Assembly: GCA_012295275.1 (NCBI GenBank)
Contig: CM022676.1
Location: 18,662,001 to 18,726,000, forward strand
DNA from: Chrysomallon squamiferum
Taxonomy: Eukaryota > Animalia > Mollusca
Length of the DNA stretch: 64,000 nt
Reading direction: 5' to 3'
In this document: positions 15,919 to 28,692 of the stretch, piece by piece
Position numbering within the stretch: the first letter of the stretch is position 1
How the letters are laid out: the number at the start of each line of letters is the position of its first letter
Position numbers and translations under genes: made by a program
The notes under the pieces: model-generated
Told to the model about the DNA's origin: nothing
The model's input: the letters and a program-made list of their open reading frames with translations, nothing else
Databases searched by the model: none

Positions 15919-16891
15919 ACTGACACACACACACACAAACACAGACACACACACATACATACTGACACCCACATCATGGGTGAATGATTCTGACACCAGT
16001 ACATACAGACACATTCACAGACAGTAAGTAATACATGTCTTAGAGACAGAGTACAACACTTTGAGAATATATATATATATATAAATCTATTACTACTACT
16101 ACTCTATGTATATATATATATTACGACTACTACTATATACATATATATATAAATAAATACTTGAAACCCATGACACATATAGTAAAAAAAAACTACTACG
16201 TTTTTCCAGTTCCACCCGATGATCCAGCTATTTCCGGATCTCCCATCGTCTCCGTGGTGCTGGGTCGTCCGACCAACATCAGCTGCAGAGCCAACAACAG
16301 CCGCCCCGGCGCTGACATCACGTGGTACATGAGGTACACACGGCTCACCGACAGCATCTACTCACGCAGCGTCCCCCAGCCAGGGGGAAGCTGGTCGACT
16401 CGGTGGGGATCATGACGCTGAACGCGACCAAAGACGACAACGGGAAACAGATTCAGTGTCGCGCTGCAAACAGAGCCGACAGCACTCCACGAGTTGCCAC
16501 GGTGACCATCAACGTGCAGTGTAAGTGGGTGTGTGTGACTGTGTGTCTGTGTGTGTGTGTGTCTGTCTGTGTTTCTGTGTGTCTGTCTGTGTTTCTGTGT
16601 GTCTTTCTGTGTGTCTGTCTGTGTGTGACTGTCTGTGTTTCTGTCTGTCTGTATGTGTGGTGTGTGTGTGTGTACAGTTGTTCTTGATTTTACAGTTGGT
16701 ACAATGTTCTTTGAGCATTGTTTTCAAACTGCAAAATAAATTAAAGCTTTTTTTACTGCTACTACTATTTCATAATGTTGTCGTTATTCATTAATTATTA
16801 TCATTATTTTGTCATTATTATTATTTATTATTATTATTACTACTACTTATTATTTGCTCATTTATTACTACTACTACTACTATTACTACTG

Positions 16892-16924
<33 letters not shown>

Positions 16925-19900
16925 GTACTAGTACTACTACTACTACTGTTGTTGTTGTTGTTGTTTCAGATGCACCAGAGATTCAGATGTCTATGAATGT
17001 GACAGACATCAGAGAGTTTGACTTTGTTCAGATTTCCTGCCATGGTCTGGCTAACCCCGCCTTTATCAAGTGGAGGTAAGAAAAACTGCTCCGCCCAAAC
17101 CCCACCCACACGAGAAGCACCCCACTGACACCTTCCCCCCCAAAAAAAAATAAAATAAATAAATAACACACGTTTTGGCAGTGGTGGTTTTTATCTGTAG
17201 TGTTTTGTTGGTTTGTGTTTTTGTTTTGTCACAGATTAAAGAAAAATATAGCCAGGAAAAGTCTCTCTGAAATAAAAATGTGATGTGAGACCCTAAACAC
17301 AAAACTGACAACACAAAACTCTGTGACATATTCATTTAGTTTTTTACTTTACTTTTCAGACAATAAATATAAAAAAATATTTTTATTTGTCTGCTTTTTA
17401 ATTATTTTGTTTTTATGTTTGTTAAGTTTTCTTATGTTTTTGTTTTATTTTATTTTATTTCATTGATTTCATTTCATCTGTGTGTCTGTCTGTGTGTCTG
17501 TTTATTTCCTTTTTCTGTCTGTGTTATTCTGTCAGTAAATCTGTCTATCTGTCCATCCATTTATTTATTTATTTATTTACTGATTATGTATTCATTCATT
17601 CATTTTATTTATTTATTTTTGTATTTATTTAATATATTTCTTTCTTTCTTTCTTTCTGTGTTTATTTATTTGTTTATTTATTTATTTGTTTATTTGTTTA
17701 TTTATTTGTTTGTTTATTATTTGTTTATTTATTTATTTATTTGTTTATTTATATATTTAATTTGTTTCTTTCATTTATTTATTTATTTAATTATTTATTT
17801 GTTTATTCATTGATTTATTTATTTGTGTGTTTATTTGTTTATTTATTTATTTGTTTATTAGTTGTTTATTTATTTATTTGTTTATTTATATATTTAATTT
17901 GTTTGTTCATTTATTTATTTATTTAATTATTTATTTGTTTATTCATTGATTTATTTATTTATTTATTTTGTATTTGTTTATTTATTTGTTTATTTATTTG
18001 TTTATTTATTTATCTGTTGATTTATTTGTTTATTTATTCATTGATTGATTGATTTATTTATGTATTAATCAGTATATTACTTATTTAACACAGCTGGTAT
18101 CGCAATGATGTTGAGATTGCCGGTGAGACAGGGAACAGACTTGTGATCAGGTCGATTTCTCGCGACTGGAACAAAGACGTCATCACCTGCGAGGGCACCA
18201 ACGCTGTCGGCAAAACCAGAAAACAGTTCACGCTCAACGTCGAATGTAAGTCTGCCTCATTTCCCTGTTCCAGAACACCTCAGTAACATGAAAAAATAAA
18301 AAAAAATACTAGAATGTAGAATATAAATATGACTTATTTCCAGCTCAGAATATTTTACAAATGCAAGTAATCATTTAGCTCAAAGAGTTTACCTGATTTC
18401 CCATTCCAAATCTAAAAAATAGCAAAACGTGAAAATAGTACACACTGGATGTGAAATGTAAGTGTATTTATTTAGTTTTATCAGTAATTTCCAGTTCTAA
18501 ACTAAGAGAAAAGAATACCCAGTCCTGAATACATCTACTTACATAGTGTAAACGTTCACCCAGTTTACCTTATTTCCCATTCTAAACAGACATTTCAGAA
18601 CGTCACATTTAGATTCTCACTTGATTTCCAGTTCCAACCACTGATGAAGATGTCTTCAAATCTCGTATTTTAAAATCTTTCAAAATTGTCTGTAATAATC
18701 TTCAGTTATTTTTATTATTATTATTTTTATTATTATTATTATTATATTATTTATTTATTTATTTATCTATTTATTTATTTATCGTTTATTTATTTATTTA
18801 TGTGTTTATGTGTTTGTTTATTTATTGATGTGTTTATGTGTTTGTTTGTTTATCTATTTATTTATTGATGTGTTTGTTTGTTTGTGTTCAGTTGGGCCGA
18901 GGTTCACGAAGCCGGTGAAGCACGTTGCAGTGAACGTTGGTGACAGTGCGGTGCTGCAGTGTGACGCGGAGGGTAACCCCCCACCACACATCATCTGGAC
19001 AAAGAAAGGCTCTCATCACATACAGGTAACACTAATTAATAACACAGGTAAAATTAATAATACAGGTAAAACTAATTAATAACACAGGTAAAATTAATAA
19101 TACAGGTAAAACTAATTAATACAGGTAAAATTAATTAATACAGGTAAAATTAATAATACAGGTAAAACTAATTAATTAGGTAAAATTAATTAATACAGGT
19201 AAAATTAATAATACAGGTAAAATTAATTAATAACACAGTAAAATTCATTAAAAATACAGGTAAAATTAATTAATAGCACAGGTAAAATTAATTAGTAACA
19301 GAGGTAAAACTGATTAAAATACAGGTAACACTCATTAAAATACAGGTAATACTAATTAAAAATACAGGTAAAATTAATTAAAAATACAGGTAACACTAAT
19401 TAATAATACAGGTAACACTGAATAAAAATACAGGTAAAACTGATTAATAATACAGGTAAAGAGAAGTATAGGAAACTAAAATTGAAATATGAAACAGCAT
19501 AGTACAGATTGAAATGTATAACACTAAATAATTATATCATTTATAGATTTTTGTATTTTTTCTATCTGTCTATCTATTTATATATGTATGGTATTTGTGT
19601 GTGTGTGTCTGGTGTGTGTAACGTGTGTGTAGGTATATATATATATATATATATATTTTTTTATTTATTTATTTATATATTTATGTATGTATGTATTTAC
19701 GTATGTATGTATGTATGTATGTATGTATGTATGTCTGTATTTATGTATCTAGGTATGTATATATCTATGTACGTCTGTATGTATGTATGTCTGTATGTAT
19801 GTCTGTATGTATGTATGTATGTATGTATGTATGTATGTATCTAGGTATGTATATATCTATGTATATCTGTCTGTATGTATGTATGTATGTATGTATCTAG

Positions 19901-21076
19901 GTATGTGTGTATGTATGTATGTATGTGTGTATGTATATATCTATGCCTGTATGTATGTATGTATGTATGTATGTATCTAGGTATGTATATATCTATGTAT
20001 GTCTGTATGTATGTCTGTATGTCTGTATTTATGTACACAGGGCAGTTCTCCAGTGCTGAGGATAAAGAGGGTACAGGAAGGATTGTTTGGTATTTACATC
20101 TGTACAGCGAACGTGATTGGGTTCAACGAAATCAGTCGCGAAGTCTACCTGCTGCAGAATGGTGAGTCAAACACAACAACAGCAACAACAACAACACCAG
20201 TTCTACTACTTCTATTAGTTCTACTGTTACTACTACTACTAGTGCTACTACTATTACCCCCCTGAAAACAACCTATTATTATTGTTATTATTATTATTAT
20301 ATTACTGCTACTACTGTTAATACTGCTGCTGCTGTCACTACTACATCAACTACAACTACTACTATTTCTGCTACCACTATAGCAACAACTACTGCTACTA
20401 CTTCTACTATTACTACTACTCTATCTAGTACAAATGTTACTACTAGTATTATACTACTGTTATTATTCTGCCACTAATAAATGTAAAATAAGATTTGTGT
20501 TGTATGAAGAATTCCTGTGATGTGTTACTGTGTTAAACCCTTCAACACATTTCACTTTTAAAAACTTACTTATTAGCAAAAACACACAACCACACTAACA
20601 GTCCAATCAGATGAATATTCACAAAAATTAAATTATTTTCTTTATAACAACTTTGACACTAAGTAAATGTATAAATAATAAATAATACTATTAATAATAA
20701 TAATAATAATAATAATAATCATAATAATTATAATTACTACTACTACTATTATTATTATGATTATTATTATTATTAAATTTATAATATACAATAATAATAA
20801 TAATAATAATCATAATAATTATTATTATTATTATTACTATTATTATTATTATTGTTATTATTATTATTATTAAATTTGTAATATACAATATTAGTACTAC
20901 TACTACTAATAATAATAATAATAAATATTATTATTATTATTATTAAAATTATTATTATTATTAAATTTATAATATAAAATAAAAATAGTCATAATAATAA
21001 TAATATTAATAAAAATAATGATTATAATAATTACTATTTTTATTACTATTACTATTACTATTATTACTATTATTAC

Positions 21077-21154
<78 letters not shown>

Positions 21155-22669
21155 TATTATTATTATTACTATTATTACTATTACTACTATTACTACTATA
21201 TCTGTGTGTTACTATTATTATTACTATTGTTTATTAAGCCTAAGATAATTAGCTATTACTATTACTATTACTATTATTACTATTATTATGCCTATTAGCC
21301 GCAGCAGATGATATTACTATTACTACTATCATTACGACCCCGGGACTATTATTATTACTATTACTATTACTACTATTACATCCTAGATCCTCGATTATTA
21401 CTATTACTAACTATTATATCTGTGTGAGGACTCTGTGTGTGTTGTGTTAGGTGGATGAGTGGATGAGTGGATGTGTGGATGAGTGGATGGATGTGTGGAT
21501 GGATGTGTGGATGATGGAGTGGATGGTGGATGCGTGGAGCGTGGAGTACGTGGACGTGGCGTGGGGGAGACGGGATGTGGATGTGTGGATGAGTGGATGA
21601 GTGGAGTGCATGTGTGGATGGTGTCGGTGTGGAAGCCGCAGCAGATGATGTGGTCGAAGGGCGGGGTCCTCATCAACGACCCCGGGACGGGCAAGTTCAC
21701 GAAGCACGAGGAGCCGCTGCCGTACGGCGAGAAGAGCATCCTGCAGATCCTCGACGTCAGCGCAGACGACTTCGGCAACTACAACTGCACCGTGAAGAAC
21801 GAGTACGGAGAGGACCAGGCAGTGATCTCCCTGATTGAAAGAGGTAGAGTGGATGTGTGGATGTGGATGATGGATGTGGATGTGTGGATGTGTGAGTGGA
21901 TGTGTGGATGATGCGTGGTGATTGATGGATGAATAAATAGATGAATGATTTGATGATTGGGTACATTGATGGATTGATCGATTGTTCGAATGAATAGACA
22001 GATAGATGGATGTATACATGAATGCATGGAAGAATGGAGAGGTGGCTGGATCATTACATAAATGAATGGATGGATAAATGATAGAAAGAAGGATAGAATA
22101 ATTAAAAGATAAATGATAGGTGGGTACTTTCATCTTTCTGTCATTCTCAACAAAGTAAGTAAAACATTTTTTTAATTATTTTTATTTAATTCACAGTTGT
22201 CCCACCATTGCCATACATCATAGGTGGCGCTGTAGGGGGCATCGCTGTGTTGTTCATCATCATCCTGGCGTGCGTCCTCTACCACAGGTACAAAAACGCA
22301 GAATCTGGCAGCGTCCTCGGTACGTCAACGCTTGTTTGTCTTTGTCATCTTTTCTTTTACAGTTCTTACTCACGTGTTAGTAATATATCACCATCATCAT
22401 CCTTGTTAGCATTGCTCTTACTTGTTTATTTATTTATTTATTTATTTATTTACTTATTTATTTGTTTGTTTATTTATTTATTTATTTGTTTGTTTATTTA
22501 TTTATTTACTTATTTATTTATTTATTTTATTTATTTATTTATTTGTTTATTTAGTTGTTTATTTACTTATTTATTTACTTATTTATTTATTTATTTGTTT
22601 ATTTATTTGTTTATTTATTTACTTATTTATTTATTTATTTATTTATTTGTTTGCTATTTATTTGTTTTT

Positions 22670-22748
<79 letters not shown>

Positions 22749-22839
22749 TATATTTATTTATTTATTATTGTTATTATTTATTTCTTTTACAATTTTCATT
22801 CATTTGTTAGTAATTTGTTATTGTCACTGTCGTCATTAA

Positions 22840-22887
<48 letters not shown>

Positions 22888-24077
22888 ATTTTTATTATTA
22901 TTGTAATTGTAATATTATTATTATTGTTATTAAATTTTTCATTAATTTATTTATTTATTTATTTATTTATTTGTAAATTAAAAAATTTGATAAATTAAAT
23001 TTACTACATTTAATTGTTGGATTTTCTTGTGTATGATAATAATAATAATAATGATAATAATAATAATAATAATAACAATAATAATAATGACAGTTACATC
23101 TGTTATAAAAACCACCTCTTTAATTAGAAACATCTAGTAAAACAAACAATACAAAACAAATAGTGAAACCAGAAATATTGTCCACATTCTCAAGTGGCTA
23201 CATTCAACAGGTTTGATTTTTAAGTACAAATAGTCAAAGAGATGTATTTGGATTTTTGATTGAATACATTTATTATTATTATTATTATTGTTATTATTTT
23301 TTTTGTTATTATTATTTATCATTATTATTATTGTTATTATTGTTATTGTTATTATTACTGTATTGAACTGTATGATTTTGATGTTGATATAACTATTATG
23401 CTGTGATGGTCTTTTAATACATCATGCTACCATCAACATAAAGTACAGTAAAGTAAAATAAATATGTATAATTAAATTTAAAAAAACAAACAAATTAATT
23501 AATCTTTTGACATACTACCATCAACATAAAGTAACCTAATGTAAATAAACAAAACAAAACAAAGTAACAAACAAATAATAAAAAAATTAATAATAAACAC
23601 AAAGTAACAAACAAGTAATAAACACAAAAGAAAACAAAGTAACAAACCAGTAATGAAAACAGAACAAAGTAACAAACAAGTAATAAACACAAAAGAAAAC
23701 AAAGTAACAAACAAGTAATAAACACAAAAGAAAACAAAGTAACAAACAAGTAATAAACACAAAAGAAAACAAAGTAACAAAGAAGTAATGAACACAAAGA
23801 AAACAAAGTAACAAAGAAGTAATGAAAACAGAACAAAGTGTGACAATGTTAAGACGTGATATTTCACTGTTACAGGACGTAAGTACACACCCACAGACTC
23901 AGTCTTTGAAGGATGTGATCAGTCGATGGATACTGACAATTTGAAAAGTAATTTAAAAACAGTGTCGTGTTTGTCAAAAAGTCGCAGCTTTTTTATTTTT
24001 TCACATTTGTAGGCATTATTTTTGTCCATGAAATGCCTATAGATTTGTTTATTTATTCATTTATTTATTATTACCAG

Positions 24078-24111
<34 letters not shown>

Positions 24112-24381
24112 TTTTTTTTTTTTTTTCAATTTTAAATACTTCATGAATAACCAGATTTTTCATTATGTTTTAATTATTTTTTATTTCAATATCTTTTAAA
24201 CAATGTATTTTCTTCTTGTTTTCATTTTAACTGAAGTTTTATTTTTCTCAGCTAATTTTTTCTATGTTTGTTAATTTGATATCAGAAGTTTTATTTTCTT
24301 TGCTTTAAATCAAAAATCCCATTGCCAAAATCTTGGAAGAAAACAAATTCATTTGTTTCTCAAACATGTTATTGTTATTAT

Positions 24382-24468
<87 letters not shown>

Positions 24469-24522
24469 CACTACTACTACTACTACTACTACTATTACTA
24501 CTACTACTACTACTATCCTTTG

Positions 24523-24579
<57 letters not shown>

Positions 24580-24587
24580 TCCTTTTG

Positions 24588-24629
<42 letters not shown>

Positions 24630-24635
24630 TCTTTT

Positions 24636-24697
<62 letters not shown>

Positions 24698-24983
24698 ATA
24701 ATAATAATAATATAAAAATTAGCAAAACAGACATTGTTACAAAAAAAAAATGTCTTGAGTTGCATTTTTCTTCTTCCAAGGATTTTCTGCCTTTGCTTTC
24801 GCTTTTGTCTTGTTTTTCTTCTTTGTTTTTTCTTTTGTTCTAGTTCTCTTTCTCATTTTATTTTACTATTATTATTATTATTATTTTATTCATTTCATTT
24901 TTATGTTTGTTTTGTTTTTTTAAATTACTTATTCATTTTATCAGCATATCTATAATATTTAGAGATAAAAATAAATAAACAAA

Positions 24984-25014
<31 letters not shown>

Positions 25015-25117
25015 AATTAATGCATTGTTGATTAAATAATTAAAAACAACGCAAAACTATATATATATATATATATTGTTATTATATATATATATATATA
25101 TATATATTGAGATATTT

Positions 25118-25148
<31 letters not shown>

Positions 25149-25630
25149 TTTTAATTTTTATTGCCAGTATTAATAATGATGATAATGATGATGATGATGA
25201 TGATGATGAAATCCAGTCTCAACTCTTTAACATTTTTAACTGTTAAATCAGGAACAATTATCATTATACTCAGAAATTGTTTTTATTTTAATTTATTTTT
25301 AATTAATTATTTAATTAATGTCTCCAATATTTTACAGTTATCACTTAATTTCTTCTTATAATTATGACCAGTTCTTATAATAATAATAATAAATAATAAT
25401 AAATAATGATAATGATAATGATAATGATAATGATAATGGTGATGATGATGATAAACGTTGAATATAAAAACTTTCACCTTTATAAATAATAATTCAGTAA
25501 TTTCTATTTGTTTATTTACTTATTTGTTTGTTTGTTTGTTTATTTATAGAAGACATTCAGACATCACTGATACAGTTAATGCTTACACATTTTAACATTT
25601 TTAACATATCTGCAGAATTATTTTCGTCGT

Positions 25631-25661
<31 letters not shown>

Positions 25662-26460
25662 TTATTATTATTATTGTTATTGTTATTATTATTGTTATTA
25701 TAATTATTACTATTTTTATTACTACTATTATTATTATTATTACTACTATTATTATTGTTGCTGTTATGATTGTTGTTGTTATAGTTACTGTTATAGTTAC
25801 TATTATTATTATTGTTGTTGTTGTTGTAGTTGTAGTGACTGTTGTAGCTGTTCACTGTTTCAGGTTCGTACACAGACACAGACAGCAGCACGGACAAGAA
25901 GCGGGAGAAGTCGGACTCGCCCTCCACCCTGATGGACCAGTGGAGACAGGACTACAACAAAGACTTCTACAGGTACTCAGCCGACTACGACGAGGTCAAC
26001 CTCAACTACCCAAAAGTAAGTAAAACTACCCAAAAGTAAGTTAAACTACCCAAAAGTAAGTAAAACTGTGCAGAAGTAAGTAAAACTACCCAAAAGTAAG
26101 TAAAACTGTGCAGAAGTAAGTTAAACTACCCAAAAGTAAGTAAAACTGTGCAGAAGTAAGTTAAAGTGTACAGAAGTAAGTTAAATGCAGAAAAGTTGAA
26201 TTAAACTATTAAAAAAATAAGTTACACTACCCAAAATTATCTGTATAAAACTAACCCAAAAGAGAGTTAGAGAGAGAAGAGTTAAACTACCCAAAAGAGT
26301 TAAAGAGAGCAGAGAGAGAGTTAAGAGACAGAAGTAAGTTAAAGACCCAAAAGTAAGTTACACTACCCAAAAGAGATATGTTAAACAGTACAGAAGTAAG
26401 TTAAACTATGCAAAAGTGAATTAAACTATTAAAAAATAAGCAAAATTATCTGTATACTAA

Positions 26461-26526
<66 letters not shown>

Positions 26527-27559
26527 AGGCAGGTGTATTTGTGTGTGTATTTAAATGTGTATTTCACATGTGTATTAAAACTATTTTCAGGATGGCAAAG
26601 CTAACAACAATGCGTATGGAGTCATAGAACCGTATCCCATGGAGATGGCTTATGTGGAAGACGGGTCAGTGTTTGCTGGAGAGTACTCACAGAGAACAGA
26701 CGAAGTGGGCTCCATAGAAAGGTGAGCAGCAGACATTTACTCACATTGTGCTCAGTATTCGATGATAACGTATCATGTTGTGTTAATAGGTTTTTGTTTT
26801 TGTTTTTTCTTTTCTTTGTTTGCATTTATTTATTTGTTTATTTTATTTTATTTTATTTTATTTTATTTTATTTTATTTTATTTTATTTTATTTTATTTTA
26901 TTTTTTTATTTTAATTAATTTCTTTGTTTTTGTTGGTTGGTTGGTTTTGGAAAGTTAATGTTTCAGTAGATAATACTGAACTGAACTATTGTGATAATTG
27001 CTGGTGATAGTAATATTAGTGATAGTTGTATTGTAGTAGATAGTAATAGTAATGGTAGTAGCAGTATTAGTAGTAGTAGTAGTAATAGTAATAGTAGTAG
27101 TGTACCAGTGCTAGAATGTCAATAGCAATAGTAATACATTAATAGTAAATAATATAGTAATATAGTAATAATAGCAATAATAATAAACTGCAGTAATAGT
27201 AAGTAGGTTATAGTAATAACAAAGTAGTAGTACTATAATAGTAATAGCATAAGTTACAGTTGTGGTAGTAATTAGTTGCAGTAGTAGTTGCAGTACTGGT
27301 AGAAGTAGTAGTTGTTGTGGCTTGTAGTAGTAGTAGTTAATAGTAATAGGTAGCAGTAATAGTAGTTGTAGCAGCAGTAGTAGTTTTACTATTAGTAATG
27401 GTTGTTGTTGTTGATACTACAGTGTTGTTTTATTGACAGGTTTGAACCTGCGTACAATGGACAGTACCCACTGAGCAGTTTTAGAACGGGAGAATATTCA
27501 GACTCACGTCCCGCCTCCCACCTCCAGACTTTACCAGCAAACTGGCGACAAACGTCTAG
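6735..27559 (+). CDS. KIRREL: Kirre/Neph (KIRREL, IrreC-Roughest)-like immunoglobulin-superfamily cell-adhesion receptor; 13 coding exons, roughly 680-700 aa
   Basis: Exon chain 6735-6825, 13425-13634, 15732-15854, 16210-16520, 16970-17075, 18094-18245, 18892-19025, 20041-20161, ~21451-21843, 22197-22319, 25864-26015, 26591-26721, 27440-27559. All are AG/GT bounded with matching phases once two 1-nt indels are allowed. Architecture: signal peptide, 5 Ig domains (QRFLTEP..LSCKV..LQWTRDHFALG..LPGFPRY; DDAWYDCQ; DFGNYNCTVKNEYG), TM helix, Tyr-rich tail, C-terminal LATNV PDZ-type motif. The paralog cannot be assigned. Confidence 0.88.
10445..11130. repeat. Long imperfect (ACT/ACC/ATT)n trinucleotide tract
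   Basis: Directly visible; source of the poly-T/L/V/S ORFs. Confidence 0.95.
13425..13634 (+). CDS. Kirre-like exon 2 (Ig1 N-half)
   Basis: ttttgcag|..VCGQQRFLTEPSNVSAVIGSTAVLSCKVASRIGALQWTRDHFALGTERSLPGFPRY..G|gtaaaa; 210 nt. Confidence 0.92.
14024..14390. repeat. 22-bp minisatellite TCAGTATCTAGTTCTTACTGTG, ~16 copies
   Basis: Directly visible in Kirre intron 2. Confidence 0.95.
15732..15854 (+). CDS. Kirre-like exon 3 (Ig1 C-half)
   Basis: GEFNLQIRDITMEDDAWYDCQMGAGEGVQGIRSRPAKLYVM; acag|..|gtgagt; 123 nt. Confidence 0.92.
16210..16520 (+). CDS. Kirre-like exon 4 (Ig2), 1-nt frameshift near G5 run 16383-16387
   Basis: VPPDDPAISGSP..NISCRANNSRPGADITWY..PQPG / GKLVDSVGIMTLNATKDDNGKQIQCRAAN..TVTINVQ; 311 nt where 312 is needed. 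Confidence 0.88.
16970..17075 (+). CDS. Kirre-like exon 5 (Ig3 N-half)
   Basis: YAPEIQMSMNVTDIREFDFVQISCHGLANPAFIKW; tttcag|..|gtaaga; phase 1 to 2. Confidence 0.9.
18094..18245 (+). CDS. Kirre-like exon 6 (Ig3 C-half)
   Basis: SWYRNDVEIAGETGNRLVIRSISRDWNKDVITCEGTNAVGKTRKQFTLNVE; phase 2 to 1. Confidence 0.92.
18892..19025 (+). CDS. Kirre-like exon 7 (Ig4 N-half)
   Basis: FGPRFTKPVKHVAVNVGDSAVLQCDAEGNPPPHIIWTKKGSHHIQ; phase 1 to 0. Confidence 0.92.
19021..19461 (+). repeat. ~18-22-bp tandem array ACAG|GTAAAATTAATTAAT containing the Kirre exon 7 donor, ~20 copies
   Basis: The first unit overlaps the real exon end tacag|gtaac. Confidence 0.92.
20041..20161 (+). CDS. Kirre-like exon 8 (Ig4 C-half)
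   Basis: GSSPVLRIKRVQEGLFGIYICTANVIGFNEISREVYLLQN; phase 0 to 1. Confidence 0.92.
21451..21843 (+). CDS. Kirre-like exon 9 (Ig5); 5' part 21451-21632 is corrupted
   Basis: Clean frame 21633-21843 KPQQMMWSKGGVLINDPGTGKF..SILQILDVSADDFGNYNCTVKNEYGEDQAVISLIER|gtagag. Likely acceptor gtgttag at 21450; the intervening bases are mixed with GTGGAT repeat. Confidence 0.75.
22197..22319 (+). CDS. Kirre-like exon 10 (transmembrane helix)
   Basis: VVPPLPYIIGGAVGGIAVLFIIILACVLYHRYKNAESGSVL; 123 nt, phase 1 to 1. Confidence 0.9.
23540..23840. repeat. ~30-35-bp tandem repeat ACAAAGTAACAAACAAGTAATAAACACAAAAGAAA
   Basis: Directly visible in Kirre intron 10. Confidence 0.9.
25864..26015 (+). CDS. Kirre-like exon 11 (cytoplasmic)
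   Basis: GSYTDTDSSTDKKREKSDSPSTLMDQWRQDYNKDFYRYSADYDEVNLNYPK|gtaagt; phase 1 to 0. Confidence 0.85.
26004..26440 (+). repeat. 20-bp tandem array AACTACCCAAAA|GTAAGTWA containing the Kirre exon 11 donor
   Basis: GTAAGT every 20 nt from 26016 to 26176 (9 copies), degenerate beyond. Confidence 0.93.
26591..26721 (+). CDS. Kirre-like exon 12 (cytoplasmic)
   Basis: DGKANNNAYGVIEPYPMEMAYVEDGSVFAGEYSQRTDEVGSIE; ttttcag|..|gtgagc; phase 0 to 2. Confidence 0.82.
27440..27559 (+). CDS. Kirre-like terminal exon 13; probable 1-nt frameshift at C run 27517-27519
   Basis: RFEPAYNGQYPLSSFRTGEYSDSRPAS. Adding one C gives PPPDFTSKLATNV* (TAG 27557-27559); the as-written frame runs on to TAG at 27593. Confidence 0.78.
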
Positions 27560-28692
27560 AACGGGAAAACAGAGGCAGTTTAAACAATGTTAGGATGTTT
27601 GTAACATTTGTGTTCAGTGAGTTCTACTGACGTTCAAAGAGACCAAGTTTTTGTTTTTTTGTTTTTTAAAATCTTGTGGTTGTGCCATTTCTTGCTGGAT
27701 CTGAGCCTTATATTCATATAAAAAGTCATTACAGACTGAGTATTCAGAAAACATCATTAAAGACTTAATAGTAGGAAACATCACAGACTGATTATGAAAA
27801 ACATCATCAGAAATTGAGCTAAAAATGTTTTTTTAATCATCTGGAAATGATCTGTACACACTGCAGTGTCATCATAGACTGAGTAGAAAAAGTCATCTCA
27901 GACTGTTTGTTAAAAAACATGTTGTACTGTATATCTGAAAACATTATGAGTGACTTGTGTAAAAGTCATAAGAAACTGAGTGCTGCAATAATCCTCACAA
28001 AACTAGACAAAGTCATCACTGACTGAGTTAAAATATTAATAATAATAATAATATTAAAATATAAACATTGGTGGAAGACAAGAATGAAGAAAACTGCTTC
28101 ACAATAGAAATTTGTGTGAGAGAAAAAGTCAAATCTGAATGAGTAGGAAAAAAAAAAAAAAAAAAAAAGGAAAAGAATTTTCTATGAATAACTCTGAGAT
28201 TTTTATAAAGAAAATCTTTCCTGAAATTTCTTCCACAAATAAAGGAGCAATAATACTAGAATTGTTTTTCTGTTCTGGATGTGAAATATCAAATATAGAA
28301 AACAGCTAAGTATAAATAAAGTGTCTACATGGTGTAAAACTCTGTGTGTTCTTAGTCATCAAACAGAAACTGAAACCAGAGAACAAAACACCTGAAATGT
28401 GATTTGTTACTAAAACTATACGTCATTCGTTGATGCAGGCAGAACATCAGTGAATCTCAACATGTGTGTGTCTGTTGTATTCCATTATGCAGATTTCAAT
28501 TTACATCAGTCCTTATCTGTCAGTGAAAATAGGAATTCATCACATCCTGTGTATCAGTGTTACATGTCACCATCCTACACCCTCAACAAGATATCACACC
28601 CTGAGTGAAACATGGATTCATCTGTGAGTGAAGAGAGCTGTCTGAACCAGTTCAGTGTTTTAACAAAACATGATGTTAATTACAGTTCACTG

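Noticed and set aside
6735-27593. Kirre-like gene as a pseudogene or programmed-frameshift gene
   Set aside because: Both shifts are single-base losses at homopolymers with no slippery heptamer, and splice sites and Ig cysteines are otherwise intact. The assembly shows other consensus errors, so sequencing error is more parsimonious.
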